Shown here in pieces: positions 1-11,681 of a DNA stretch of 32,000 bases. Made by a program: the position numbers and the translations under genes. The DNA lies in contig NC_004460.2 of NCBI RefSeq assembly GCF_000039765.1, positions 1,710,001 through 1,742,000 on the forward strand, written 5' to 3'. The notes below the pieces were generated by a model. That model searched no databases and was not told where the DNA came from. It was given only the letters and a program-made list of their open reading frames with translations. The first letter of the stretch is position 1. The number at the start of each line of letters is the position of its first letter. This DNA comes from Vibrio vulnificus CMCP6. Its GTDB lineage: Bacteria; Pseudomonadota; Gammaproteobacteria; Enterobacterales; Vibrionaceae.

Positions 1-333
1 GGCTCACTGGCGTTGGGTGCATCGAAAATCTTTACTATTTTTAAACTGCTCGTTCCTGCGGCACGCAGCGGCATCATGACTGGCGTTATCCTCGGTATTG
101 GCCGTGCGCTGGGTGAAACCATGGCGATCATCATGGTGATGGGAAATGCTCCTGCCATGCCTGAAGGCTTATTGGATTCAGCTCGTACGCTAACGGCGAA
201 CATTGCGATTGAAATGTCATACGCCAGTGGTGTTCACGCCAATGCGCTTTACGCAACCGGTGTGGTGCTGTTGGTGTTCATCATGATGTTGAATGCAGCG
301 CTGCTTTACCTCAACCGAGAAAAAGCGAAGTAA
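1..333 (+). CDS. pstC: Phosphate ABC transporter permease PstC, C-terminal fragment (5' end lies outside the window)
   Basis: Frame 1 is open from base 1 to TAA at 331-333. The translation (SLALGASKIFTIFKLLVPAARSGIMTGVILGIGRALGETMAIIMV) carries an ABC-permease EAA-type loop. It is paralogous to the next ORF ([26 protein letters not shown]). pstA and pstB follow directly. Confidence 0.85.
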   Translation, partial: GSLALGASKIFTIFKLLVPAARSGIMTGVILGIGRALGETMAIIMVMGNAPAMPEGLLDSARTLTANIAIEMSYASGVHANALYATGVVLLVFIMMLNAALLYLNREKAK

Positions 334-354
334 TCGCAAGTTAAGGTGATATTT

Positions 355-1218
355 ATGGAACGCGCAAAATTAAAACAATCTCGTCAAGTAAAAGACAACA
401 TTCTGAATGCTCTGGTTTGGGCGGCAGCCGCTCTGACGGTGGGCTTCTTGTTCTGGATTATCTGGTACATCCTCTCTAACGGCTTGCAGCATGTGGATTG
501 GAACTTCATCTCTGACAATTACACCCGTACAGGTGAAGAGCATGGCATCTTCCCGATGATCATTTCGACCATTTACATGGTTGTGGCATCGATTGCTGTC
601 GCCGCACCGTTAGGGATCATGACGGCTATCTACTTAACAGAATACGCCAAAGTGGGCAGCCGATTGGTTAAGGTGATTCGCTTTTGTACCGAATCCTTGG
701 CTGGTATTCCGTCGATTATCTTTGGTCTGTTTGGTATGACCTTCTTTGTCGCCATTCTTGGTCTGGGATTCTCGATTCTCTCGGGCGCCTTAACGCTGAG
801 TATTCTTATCCTGCCAGTGATCATCAGGACGACGGAAGAGGCGTTGATGGCGGTTCCGCAAACCTACCGCGAAGGTTCATATGGCCTCGGTGCATCAAAA
901 ATCTATACCATCTGGCGTTTGATTCTGCCGAGTGCAATGCCTGGTATTTTAACCTCGGTGATTTTGAGTATTGGCCGCGTGATTGGTGAATCAGCACCTG
1001 TATTCCTTACTGCTGGTATGGTGGCACGAATTCCAGACTCACTACTGGATTCTGGCCGAACACTGACGGTACACCTTTATAAGTTGACGACAGAGCTGTT
1101 TACCATTGAAGAGTGGAACCAAGCGTACGGCACAGCCACCGTACTGATTGTGGTGGTGCTGTTGATCAACATGGTAACCAAATTAATTGCAAAACGTTTT
1201 AACACAGCGACTTACTAA
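355..1218 (+). CDS. pstA: Phosphate ABC transporter permease PstA
   Basis: Multi-TM permease with an EAA-type loop ([43 protein letters not shown]), placed between pstC and pstB. ATG at 355 is preceded by AAGG at 343-346. The ORF-track GTG at 346 is the less likely start. Confidence 0.85.
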   Translation: MERAKLKQSRQVKDNILNALVWAAAALTVGFLFWIIWYILSNGLQHVDWNFISDNYTRTGEEHGIFPMIISTIYMVVASIAVAAPLGIMTAIYLTEYAKVGSRLVKVIRFCTESLAGIPSIIFGLFGMTFFVAILGLGFSILSGALTLSILILPVIIRTTEEALMAVPQTYREGSYGLGASKIYTIWRLILPSAMPGILTSVILSIGRVIGESAPVFLTAGMVARIPDSLLDSGRTLTVHLYKLTTELFTIEEWNQAYGTATVLIVVVLLINMVTKLIAKRFNTATY

Positions 1219-1276
1219 CGACGAACAACAAAAGACGCTAAAAACGCTCATTGAAAAGAATTTAGAGATTAAGACT

Positions 1277-2026
1277 ATGAACAAATTTGATATCGAAAAC
1301 CTAGACTTGTATTACGGTGAAAACCAAGCGCTGAAAGCGATTAACTTACCGATCCCCGTTCGCCAAGTCACGGCGCTTATCGGCCCATCTGGCTGCGGTA
1401 AATCCACCTTATTGCGTTGTCTGAATCGCATGAATGACCTGATTGAAGGGGTAAAGATTACTGGCAAGTTGGCAATGGACGGCGAAGACATCTATGGCAA
1501 CGTTGATGTGGCGGATCTGCGTATTAAGGTCGGCATGGTGTTCCAAAAGCCAAACCCATTCCCGATGAGCATCTATGAGAACGTGGCGTATGGTTTGCGT
1601 GCACAAGGCATCAAAGACAAAAAACACATTGATGAAGTGGTCGAGCGTTCACTACGTGGCGCGGCGTTATGGGATGAGGTGAAAGATCGCTTGAAATCGC
1701 ATGCTTTTGGTCTTTCTGGTGGTCAACAACAGCGTTTATGTATTGCGCGCACCATTGCGATGGAGCCGGATGTCATCCTAATGGATGAACCGACGTCTGC
1801 GCTTGACCCAATTGCGACGCATAAAATTGAAGAGTTGATGGAAGAGTTGAAGAAGAACTACACCATTGTGATCGTTACGCACTCCATGCAACAGGCGCGT
1901 CGAATTTCCGATCGCACTGCCTTTTTCTTAATGGGTGAGCTGGTGGAGCACAACGATACTCAAGTGATCTTTAGCGAGCCAAGTGATGACCGCACTCGTG
2001 GCTATGTAAACGGCGATTTTGGTTAA
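1277..2026 (+). CDS. pstB: Phosphate ABC transporter ATP-binding protein PstB
   Basis: Walker [10 protein letters not shown], signature LSGGQQQR, Walker [13 protein letters not shown]-loop VTHSMQQA. The N-terminus [14 protein letters not shown] is typical of PstB. The ORF-track start at 1187 lies inside pstA, so ATG 1277 is preferred (249 aa). Confidence 0.9.
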   Translation: MNKFDIENLDLYYGENQALKAINLPIPVRQVTALIGPSGCGKSTLLRCLNRMNDLIEGVKITGKLAMDGEDIYGNVDVADLRIKVGMVFQKPNPFPMSIYENVAYGLRAQGIKDKKHIDEVVERSLRGAALWDEVKDRLKSHAFGLSGGQQQRLCIARTIAMEPDVILMDEPTSALDPIATHKIEELMEELKKNYTIVIVTHSMQQARRISDRTAFFLMGELVEHNDTQVIFSEPSDDRTRGYVNGDFG

Positions 2027-2077
2027 TCAGCGAATTGACGTTTAAACGGAATTATAACTATAAGCGATGGTACTTTT

Positions 2078-2108
2078 GCCCCTCTCTCAGAGGGGCTTTT
2101 TTGTTTTT
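2078..2108 (+). terminator. Rho-independent terminator after pstB
   Basis: Perfect 8-bp GC-rich stem GCCCCTCT (2078-2085) / AGAGGGGC (2089-2096), 3-nt loop, followed by TTTTTTGTTTTT. Confidence 0.75.
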
Positions 2109-2292
2109 GTACTGCAAACGCACGGCAACAAAATGCAGTCTCTCTCTCGCTTAAGACAATCGTCGTGACAAAAATGCGAACGACTTAACAGCTGATTCGA
2201 AATGCGTTTGATTGCACATTGTCGGACGGTTACTTTTAAACGCAATTCCCTAAAATAATAATGGTGTTGGCAAAGTGAATTTCAGGAGCTTT

Positions 2293-4395
2293 ATGCGTAA
2301 GGTGTCGGCGACCAGAGACCATAGGTTACTGGCGGAGACAATGTTTGAATATCTCGCAGAACTGATGGAAGTGGATGCGATGGCGATATTTGATGATCCT
2401 TGCGTAAATACGTCGTTGTCATTGCGTTTTTGGTCCGGACAGCCAGCACCTTTGGTGGATTTCCCCAGCTCTTTTTGGCAATGGGCGAGGCAGTTTGATA
2501 CCTCGGAGAGCTTAATTCCTTTAGCCATCAATACCTGTAACTGGGATCACCGTGATCTCCTCGGGGGAAACAGCTACATCATGATGCTGGATAACTTCCC
2601 TATGCTGCGAACTTACATTCTGATCCAAGGGGTAAAAGCGGGCTCTGCCGATCATATCTACGAGAAAACCCACGATGCGATGCAGTTGATTGCGGCCAGA
2701 TGGCAATGTATCCGTGCGGAAAAACAAGCGTCGTTAGAGATCAAAAATCGCGATATCCGTGAAGCGCAGTACATTGACGAAATTAACCATCGTGAACGCT
2801 TTATTGACAACATGAAGCTGGTGCAAGAAGTGGCATTGGAAATCTCCAACCCCAGCACGTTAAACGATCTCTATCGTAAAGCGGTTGAAGCGCTGCGAGA
2901 CAGGTTGGGTTTTGATCGTTCGACCTTTATGTTACTCGACATGAAAAAACGCTGCTTCAACGGTACTTATGGCACCGATGAGCACGGCAACACCGTCAGT
3001 GAATTTCACACGCAATACGATCTTCATCAGTTGGGTGAAGAGTTTGTTACCGCTCTCTCTTCACGCGACACCAATCTGGTTATTTCTAATGAAACCCCGC
3101 TTTACACCGCAGGGAAAGTAGTCGGGCAGGGGTGGAACTTGATGTTGATTCTACGTGATGGCCATGAACCGTTCGGTTGGCTGGCGCTGGATAATTTTAT
3201 TCACCGTAAGCCGATCACCAGTTATCAAAAGCAGATGCTGCAATCTTTTGGTTCGCTGCTATCGCAAATTTATATTCGCAAACGTCAAGAACAAAACGTT
3301 CGAATGCTTCATTCAAGCATGGTTGAATTGTCGCGTTGCACAACGGTGAGTGATGTGTGTAAATCGGCAGTCTCCTTCGCGATTCAGCATCTTGGCGTTG
3401 ATCGCATGGCGGTGTTTCTTACCGATGAAAACTGCACTTATATGCAAGGCACTTGGGGGACGGATATTCAAGGCAACGTCGTGGATGAGTCCTATTTCTT
3501 TGGCGAGACACAAGACTTTGCTTTGATTAATCTTGCACGTTCAATGCCCAACGAGGTGGCGTTTGAAGACTCCGTGCCGATTTACCATGACTGCAATATC
3601 GTCGGTTTTGGCTGGGGGGCAATGACGTTACTGACCAGCAATACCAATGGTCCGATTGCGTTTATTGCGGTGGACAACTTGCTGACTCGCTCACCGCTGA
3701 CTTCGCAGCTTAGGGAAGTGATCCGCATGTTTGCCTCCAGTCTGGCGGAAGTGTTGCAACGCACTCAAGCGCAAGAAGCGATACGAGAGCTCAACGAAAA
3801 TTTGGAAAAAGAGGTTCGTAAGCGCACCCAAGAGTTGGAAGAAGCAAACCGTCAGCTCGAAGTGTTATCCAAATTGGACCCACTTACTCGTCTTGGCAAC
3901 CGACGCATGTTAGAGCATGTCATGGAGTCCATCTGCCATAGTGAAGAGGAAAAAGCGCTCGCGTTTGGTCTGATCCTTATCGATATCGATCATTTTGGCT
4001 TGTTCAACAATCATTATGGTCATTTGGAAGGCGATATTGCCTTAATGCGTATTGGCCACATCCTTGAGCACCACAGTAATGGCAAAGAAGAAGTGTTTTG
4101 TCGCATTGGTGGGGAGGAATTTGTGATGCTGATGGTTGGCAGTGAGGCCAGTGGCGTTTTGCAGCGTGCTGAGTGCATCCGTCAGTGTATCGAGCAAGAG
4201 CAAATTAAGCATCAGGTCAATCCAAATGGCGATCGTTTAACCGTTTCTATCGGCGTGGCGGTCGATCAAGTTCAAGCTCGCGATCTGCATTTCGATAAAC
4301 TCTATCAACAGGCTGATGTGGCTCTCTATCGTGCTAAGGCGGAGGGGCGAAACCGAGTTTGCAGTTATCAATCACTGTCGGTTGAAGCGATCTAA
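2293..4395 (+). CDS. Diguanylate cyclase with an N-terminal sensory region (two GAF-like modules), coiled coil and C-terminal GGDEF domain (GGEEF active site)
   Basis: The C-terminus shows DPLTRLGNRR..IDIDHFGLFNNHYGHLEGD..RIGGEEFVMLM..SIGVA..ADVALYRAKAEGRNRV, a canonical GGDEF domain. A coiled coil (EAIRELNENLEKEVRKRTQELEEANRQLE) precedes it. Two repeated ~150-aa modules upstream end in GWLALDNF and AFIAVDNL (GAF-like). ATG 2293 follows AGGAG at 2284-2288. The ORF-track GTG at 2275 is the alternative start. Confidence 0.8.
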   Translation: MRKVSATRDHRLLAETMFEYLAELMEVDAMAIFDDPCVNTSLSLRFWSGQPAPLVDFPSSFWQWARQFDTSESLIPLAINTCNWDHRDLLGGNSYIMMLDNFPMLRTYILIQGVKAGSADHIYEKTHDAMQLIAARWQCIRAEKQASLEIKNRDIREAQYIDEINHRERFIDNMKLVQEVALEISNPSTLNDLYRKAVEALRDRLGFDRSTFMLLDMKKRCFNGTYGTDEHGNTVSEFHTQYDLHQLGEEFVTALSSRDTNLVISNETPLYTAGKVVGQGWNLMLILRDGHEPFGWLALDNFIHRKPITSYQKQMLQSFGSLLSQIYIRKRQEQNVRMLHSSMVELSRCTTVSDVCKSAVSFAIQHLGVDRMAVFLTDENCTYMQGTWGTDIQGNVVDESYFFGETQDFALINLARSMPNEVAFEDSVPIYHDCNIVGFGWGAMTLLTSNTNGPIAFIAVDNLLTRSPLTSQLREVIRMFASSLAEVLQRTQAQEAIRELNENLEKEVRKRTQELEEANRQLEVLSKLDPLTRLGNRRMLEHVMESICHSEEEKALAFGLILIDIDHFGLFNNHYGHLEGDIALMRIGHILEHHSNGKEEVFCRIGGEEFVMLMVGSEASGVLQRAECIRQCIEQEQIKHQVNPNGDRLTVSIGVAVDQVQARDLHFDKLYQQADVALYRAKAEGRNRVCSYQSLSVEAI

Positions 4396-4428
4396 CTCTG
4401 CTGCCGCTTAAGCGAGCGAAAAAGAAAA

Positions 4429-4461
4429 GGGCGAACAGTGTTGTTCGCCCTTGTTATTTTT
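4429..4461. terminator. Bidirectional rho-independent terminator between the convergent GGDEF gene and the batD-like gene
   Basis: Stem GGGCGAACA (4429-4437) / TGTTCGCCC (4442-4450), 4-nt loop. An A-run lies upstream (AAAGAAAA) and a T-run downstream (TTGTTATTTTT), so it can function on both strands. Confidence 0.7.
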
Positions 4462-4478
4462 GTGTTGTCTAAACGGAG

Positions 4479-6110
4479 CTAGAGCTTCGGCATGTCAAAA
4501 GAGGCTTTATCGGTTGAGGCTGAGCGACTTTGCTTGATCAGTGTAAGTAAGTGCTCTGCCTGCCATGGTGAAGGCGTTAGCGAGTAGGTCGCTTGGTGCA
4601 TGGCTTTTAATTCTGATTCGATTGCCTGTTTTACTGGTTGAGAAACCGTGGTGGTTTTCATCCACTGGCGAACGAGGGCTTCGATTTTGACGGCATCTTT
4701 GTCAGCAATCGCCTTTTGCAATGCTTGCATCGATTCAAGCGCGTTATTGGAGGCTGTATTCTGAGGCTTATCTGCACTTGTTCCGCGATGTTTATAGCAG
4801 TAGAGAGCGGCGATGAGGGTAAGAATCCACAGTGAGGCAAACGTCCAAGTTAAGTAAAACCAAATGGTTGCATTTTGATTAGACTCTTGGTGGGTAGAGT
4901 CTGGGCGAAGGTTTGTCTCACTAGCCTGCGCTGGCTGCTCAGGCAAAGTAAACACTTGCGCCGAGCCCGGTGTAACCTTGAGTTGACGCCCCTCGAGTGC
5001 GGCTGTTTCTTGTTGGTCAGAAACCGTGTTCCACCACGCCAATTGCAGTGAAGGTAAGGTTAAATCACCGGTTTCGGTTGGGATCAGTACCTGCTTCAGT
5101 GTCATTTGGGTTGTACCGTTGTCCAGAGTCTTAAATGCAGGCTTTTCATCGTACACTCGTACTGAAGCGGGATAGTCGAACTTGAGAGTTGGTAACTGGT
5201 TTTCATTGAGCCCTTTTGCTGTCAGAGTGATTTCACGCGTGATGCTGCTACCTTGCTCAACGGTGTTGTTCTCGCCGCCATCTTGATGCCATTGTTGAAC
5301 AAGCGACAGTTGTTGAGCGGGCAGCCAAGGCTGCGCGGCGTTGTTAGGAATGGCCTTTACCTTGATCGATTGACTTTGCGGCTTGCCATCTAAGGTCAAT
5401 ATTTTGGTAGAGCCCGTTAAGCTGTCACCATAAATATAAGAGCCTCGTAATAGCGGGCCTTTGAGTTCAAAAAGACCGGGTTGGTTGGCGGTAAGTTGAT
5501 AATTCTGCTCAATGACAGTGATTTGAAGCCCCTGTTCAACACGCTGAAATTGGCGAGTTTGCCCCTTTGGCTCTATCTCTACGCCTTGAATGGACGGTGG
5601 GGTGATGCGCGGATTTTCGAGTCGACGGGGATCCGCCAGAATCCGAATCTCGACCTTTAACGGCGTGGATTGCTGAGGATAGAGCGTGCTTGTATCAAGT
5701 TGCATCGAGTATTGAATAATATCTGACACGTTTGGTTCGTGTTGATCGACAGACACTTCCAGTGGGATTGGCGCAGTGCTTTCGCCATCAAAAGAGAATG
5801 CAGGGATCGTCACGATACCAGCGCGATTGGGTGCGATGGAAAGTGTCCACTCACTGAGCTTTGAAGATTGGCCATTAATGTAATTGCTTGAATTGACAAA
5901 ACGTGGACTCGAGGTGAAGAAATCTTGGCTTAACGCAGAAAAATCAATGTCATTGGCATCGAGTGAATAATCGGCTCGCACCGTGAGTTGAATCACTTCA
6001 TTTTTCGAAACCTTGGTTTTATTTACGCTCGCAACCAGACTCTTTGCCGCCAGAAAAGGCGTAAAAAGCAGTGTCGATAGCAAAATGAAAAAGGGTGTCA
6101 TTCGATTCAT
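4479..6110 (-). CDS. BatD-like protein (signal peptide, large extracytoplasmic region, C-proximal TM helix); last gene of the MoxR/VWA operon
   Basis: N-terminal signal peptide MNRMTPFFILLSTLLFTPFLAAKS, a long beta-rich region, and a TM segment IWFYLTWTFASLWILTLIAALYCY near the C-terminus. Size and its position after BatA/BatB-type VWA genes match the Bat operon layout. Confidence 0.65.
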   Translation of the reverse strand: MNRMTPFFILLSTLLFTPFLAAKSLVASVNKTKVSKNEVIQLTVRADYSLDANDIDFSALSQDFFTSSPRFVNSSNYINGQSSKLSEWTLSIAPNRAGIVTIPAFSFDGESTAPIPLEVSVDQHEPNVSDIIQYSMQLDTSTLYPQQSTPLKVEIRILADPRRLENPRITPPSIQGVEIEPKGQTRQFQRVEQGLQITVIEQNYQLTANQPGLFELKGPLLRGSYIYGDSLTGSTKILTLDGKPQSQSIKVKAIPNNAAQPWLPAQQLSLVQQWHQDGGENNTVEQGSSITREITLTAKGLNENQLPTLKFDYPASVRVYDEKPAFKTLDNGTTQMTLKQVLIPTETGDLTLPSLQLAWWNTVSDQQETAALEGRQLKVTPGSAQVFTLPEQPAQASETNLRPDSTHQESNQNATIWFYLTWTFASLWILTLIAALYCYKHRGTSADKPQNTASNNALESMQALQKAIADKDAVKIEALVRQWMKTTTVSQPVKQAIESELKAMHQATYSLTPSPWQAEHLLTLIKQSRSASTDKASFDMPKL

Positions 6111-6120
6111 AGCTTACTCA

Positions 6121-8065
<1,945 letters not shown>

Positions 8066-8073
<8 letters not shown>

Positions 8074-9037
8074 GATTTCTCCGTAATACAAACAATAAGA
8101 TGGATAACACGAAAGCGAAACTCAAAGGATAAACAAACCACTCTTGTTGAGGGCGCCAAACTTGTGCGTCTTTAGAGACGGGTTCAAGCTGATTGATCGC
8201 TTGATAGATTGTCTGTAGCTCTTGCGCGTCGCGGGCTCGGAAGTATTGGCCACCCGTCATTGTGGCAACTTTCGTCAGTGTTTTTTCATCAAGATCTGCC
8301 GAGGTATTAACCTTGCGCGTCATGAAAAACTGCTTCACTTCCATTTCACCAGCGCCAATACCGATGGTGTAAATCTTCACGCCATATTTCTTGGCGATGT
8401 TTGCGGCTTCGATGGGGTCAAGTGTGCCAGCGGTGTTGCTGCCGTCACTGAGCAGAATGACCACCCGTTGCGGTGCCTCACTGTCGACAAAGGTTTTGGT
8501 GGCTAAAGCAAGTCCATCGCCAATTGCGGTTTTTTGCCCGATCAGGCCGATGATGGTCTGATTGAGTTGATTGGCTACGGTTTGTCTATCTGCGGTTAAA
8601 GGTGTTTGCAAATACGCATGATCAGCGAACAATACTAGGCCCAGTCTGTCACCTTGGCGCTGCTCAATGAACTGAGTCACCACGTTTTTGACGGCACTCA
8701 AGCGATCAATGTAATCGCCATCTTGCAAGATGTCTGCTTGCTGCATAGAGCCAGAGAGATCCACAACGAGCATGAGATCACGATACTCTGGGAAATGCTC
8801 AATAGGCTCACCAAACCACACTGGCCTTGCGGAAGCCACAATCAGGCTACACCAAATAAGTAAAGTAACCAGTTTGCTGAATTTGTTTTTTACGCCTGCG
8901 GCCTCAACCTCTTTCGGCAGATAGGCGAGGCGCAATGTGTTCTTGTCGCTGAGTTGTGGCAGCCATTGATAGGCCAAAAATGGCAATGGCAGCAGCAAAA
9001 ACGCCCACCACCAAAGGAATTCAAACCCGTCAGCCAC
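8066..9037 (-). CDS. BatA-like membrane-anchored von Willebrand factor type A (VWA) protein
   Basis: Complete MIDAS signature: VVDLSGSM (DxSxS), TAIGDG, LLSDGSNT. TM helices sit at the N-terminus (FLWWWAFLLLPLPFLAY, LVTLLIWCSLIVA) and C-terminus (FVYPLSFAFVLSILLFVL). The GTG start at 9037 overlaps the upstream stop (GTGGCTGA). Confidence 0.8.
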
Positions 9038-9500
9038 GCATACCTCGCTTAGGTGGGAGTGCTTTTTCCACCCAGACTAAACAATCATTGACCAGCTCAC
9101 TGTCATGCTCACCGTGTTTGTTCTGATAGAGCGCTGCCTGCCATAATGGCATTTTGTCGCTAAAACGGGTTTCACCCAGTTGTAAGTCAAGAAATTGGTA
9201 CCACTGCTCACCATGCAGCGACGCGATCGCTTCTCGTGGGTAATAACAAAGCGCGGCTTGCCTTAGCAGTTCGATGGCCGACGAAGGCGTATGCGGCGTG
9301 ATGGGTTTAACAAACAATTTGAGTGCGGCACGCTTTGCTTTGAGACGTTTTTTTCGCCACAAAAAAAAGGCAGTTAAAAGCAGTAAAGCCACAACAACGC
9401 TGGCGAAAGAAGCCCACCATCCCCAAGCAAGAGGAAACCAAGATGGAACAGCAGGTAAAATCAGAGGTTGCAGCTCTAAAGGTGTTGAATTTGTTGTCAT
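9030..9500 (-). CDS. DUF4381-like small membrane protein
   Basis: Single TM helix (WWASFASVVVALLLLTAFFLW) followed by a basic stretch RKKRLKAKRAALK. Size and its position between the DUF58 and BatA genes are typical of MoxR/Bat operons. Confidence 0.6.
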   Translation of the reverse strand: MTTNSTPLELQPLILPAVPSWFPLAWGWWASFASVVVALLLLTAFFLWRKKRLKAKRAALKLFVKPITPHTPSSAIELLRQAALCYYPREAIASLHGEQWYQFLDLQLGETRFSDKMPLWQAALYQNKHGEHDSELVNDCLVWVEKALPPKRGMRG

Positions 9501-9505
9501 TATTA

Positions 9506-10423
9506 TTACACGGATAATTGGTTGATAAGAGATTCAGCACTCGATAAGGTGCTGAACGGTATTCCATTACGATAACTTAACAGCCGTAAAGATTGTTGAT
9601 GCTGGTCGAAGTTGTTCTTCAAAGCCAATTTTTGCTTTTTGGAACCGAAATCAAACCATCGAGAATGTTGACCATCACTGGCGAGCACGCTTCCTTGATA
9701 ACGGGTTTCGCCCTGCTCTAACGGGTCATAAAGCTGTACCAGCCTCAAATTATTGTGTTGTCTAAGCTGTGTGATTTGGTTTAGCTCTTGCTCATTCATT
9801 TTGATGAAATCGCTGATAAAAATTATCTCACACCCTTTGGGTGACATCCGTTTAAGCCTCTCAATGCTTTGACTGAAAGGGAGGCGACTTTCAGTGGCTC
9901 GCCCCAACTGTTCATTATGACGTTGAGTCAATTGATTGAGAAAAGCCAAACCGTTACGCACTAAGGCTGATGGTTTATGTTCGAATAAGGTTTTGCCGTC
10001 GTCAATCATGGCGCCGAAGCGATCTTTTTTTGCCAGTGTCGTCCACAGAATTACACTGGCTAAATGCGCAGCTTGGACAGATTTGTAGACGTAACGCGAA
10101 CCAAAAAACATACTGTTGTTGAGATCCAAATACAGGATCACCGCTTGTTCTTTGTCTTCGCTAAAGAGTTTGGTGTGTGCTTTACCAGTGCGGGCGGTGA
10201 CTCGCCAATCGATACTGCGAATATCATCACCTTGTTGGTACTGGCGAACTTCTTCAAAATCCATCCCTCTCCCACGTACACGGCTAGCATGGCCACCGTT
10301 TAGATGTGACCAAACGCTGCGTGCAGGAGGGATCCAGCGCAAGGCTTGGCTTTGGTAGTAAAGCAACTCTTCTAGCGATAACGCCACGCCATTGCAATGA
10401 GGTGGCAATGTAACGGGGGTCAT
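9506..10423 (-). CDS. DUF58-family protein (degenerate VWA-like partner of MoxR ATPases)
   Basis: Carries the DUF58 hallmark GRGMDFEEVRQYQQGDDIRSIDWRVTARTGKAHTKLF, followed by a degenerate MIDAS-like LDLNNSM. The start lies 3 nt after the moxR stop. Confidence 0.8.
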   Translation of the reverse strand: MTPVTLPPHCNGVALSLEELLYYQSQALRWIPPARSVWSHLNGGHASRVRGRGMDFEEVRQYQQGDDIRSIDWRVTARTGKAHTKLFSEDKEQAVILYLDLNNSMFFGSRYVYKSVQAAHLASVILWTTLAKKDRFGAMIDDGKTLFEHKPSALVRNGLAFLNQLTQRHNEQLGRATESRLPFSQSIERLKRMSPKGCEIIFISDFIKMNEQELNQITQLRQHNNLRLVQLYDPLEQGETRYQGSVLASDGQHSRWFDFGSKKQKLALKNNFDQHQQSLRLLSYRNGIPFSTLSSAESLINQLSV

Positions 10424-10426
10424 GGC

Positions 10427-11383
10427 TTAGGCGCTTCCCACTAAACTAATCAGCTTGTCGATCACTTGGTTGGCCGAAATCCCTTCAGCTTGAGCTCGGT
10501 AGGAGAGCAGCAAGCGATGTCTCAATACAGGATAAGCCATAGTTTGAATATCGCCCGGAGTGACATAGTCACGTCCATCTAACCAAGCATACGCTCGTGC
10601 ACATCGGTCAAGGGCGATCGTTGCGCGAGGGCTGACTCCCATGCTAATCCATTCTGCAAGTTCGGCGTTGTAATGAGAAGGTTGGCGAGTGGCCATCACC
10701 AGTCGTACTAAATAGTGCTCAAGCGACTCGGCCATTTGAATATTCAACACTTCTTGACGAGCTGAAAAGATCTCTTGTTGTGTTAGTAAAGGCTTTTCAG
10801 GTGTCTGTTCACCTTTAGCTTCACCACGATTGATGCGCAAAATCGCCAGTTCATGAGCTGCGTCTGGATAATCGACATTAAGATGCAACAAAAATCGGTC
10901 AAGCTGGGCTTCTGGAAGGGGATAAGTACCTTCTTGCTCAATCGGGTTTTGTGTTGCCATCACCAAAAACAGCTCTGGGAGCGGATAGGTATTGCGCCCA
11001 GCGGTCACTTGCCCTTCCGCCATGGCTTCGAGCATTGCGGCCTGTACTTTGGCCGGAGCTCGGTTGATTTCATCGGCAAGGATCAAATGATTGAAGATAG
11101 GGCCAGCTTGAAACTTAAAATCGCCTTTTTCTGGTCGGAAGATATCGGTGCCCGTTAAATCTGCAGGCAAGAGATCGGGGGTAAATTGAATACGATGAAA
11201 ATTACCCTCGATGCAGTCTGATAGCGCTTTCACTGCTCGTGTTTTAGCAAGGCCAGGAGGCCCTTCGACTAAGATGTGTCCGTCTGCAAGAAGTGCGATG
11301 AGTAACTGTTTGACTAATTCAGGTTGGCCAACGATTTGAGACTGTAAATAGTTAGCTAAGGCATCAAAACTACGTTGTTGCAT
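10427..11383 (-). CDS. MoxR-family AAA+ ATPase
   Basis: Walker A GPPGLAKT, Walker B LILADEINRA, and QNPIEQEGTYPLPEAQLDRF (the sensor/arginine-finger region typical of MoxR). ATG at 11383 gives 318 aa starting MQQRSFDALANYLQSQIVGQ. The ORF-track TTG at 11431 is unlikely. Confidence 0.9.
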   Translation of the reverse strand: MQQRSFDALANYLQSQIVGQPELVKQLLIALLADGHILVEGPPGLAKTRAVKALSDCIEGNFHRIQFTPDLLPADLTGTDIFRPEKGDFKFQAGPIFNHLILADEINRAPAKVQAAMLEAMAEGQVTAGRNTYPLPELFLVMATQNPIEQEGTYPLPEAQLDRFLLHLNVDYPDAAHELAILRINRGEAKGEQTPEKPLLTQQEIFSARQEVLNIQMAESLEHYLVRLVMATRQPSHYNAELAEWISMGVSPRATIALDRCARAYAWLDGRDYVTPGDIQTMAYPVLRHRLLLSYRAQAEGISANQVIDKLISLVGSA

Positions 11384-11546
11384 GATTCTACTACTTCGGT
11401 TGGTTTGGTTTCTTGGGTCGTAAAAAGCCAAGAAAGTTCCATGGTTAGCGACAAATTAGCAGATGAGGGTGAAAGGCTTGCGTTTCAAGGGAAGTCGCGA
11501 GACTTTTCTTGCAGGGATGAAGTGTGATCGTGAAGAAAGATTTTGC

Positions 11547-11573
11547 TTTAGTTTGGGTTTGTTTGGCCGATAT
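11547..11573 (+). promoter_or_regulatory. Candidate sigma28 (FliA)-type promoter for the chemoreceptor gene
   Basis: TTTAGTTT-N11-GCCGATAT compared with the enterobacterial consensus TAAAGTTT-N11-GCCGATAA (6/8 and 7/8 matches, exact spacing). It lies about 108 nt upstream of the MCP ATG, on the correct strand. Confidence 0.45.
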
Positions 11574-11681
11574 AAGCTATACCCATAAGAATGTAACAAA
11601 ATATATGTTATATTTTTGCGCTTTTTGTATTGCTTTATCGCGCATTACCCACAATAAGTGATTCTTGTTAAAGGTCCAAAT

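Noticed and set aside
2109-2274. A possible riboswitch (for example c-di-GMP GEMM) or Pho box in the leader of the GGDEF gene.
   Set aside because: Only a weak 6-bp stem (ACTGCA..TGCAGT, about 2110-2140) is present. No GEMM-like conserved segments and no CTGTCAT-type Pho-box repeats were seen.
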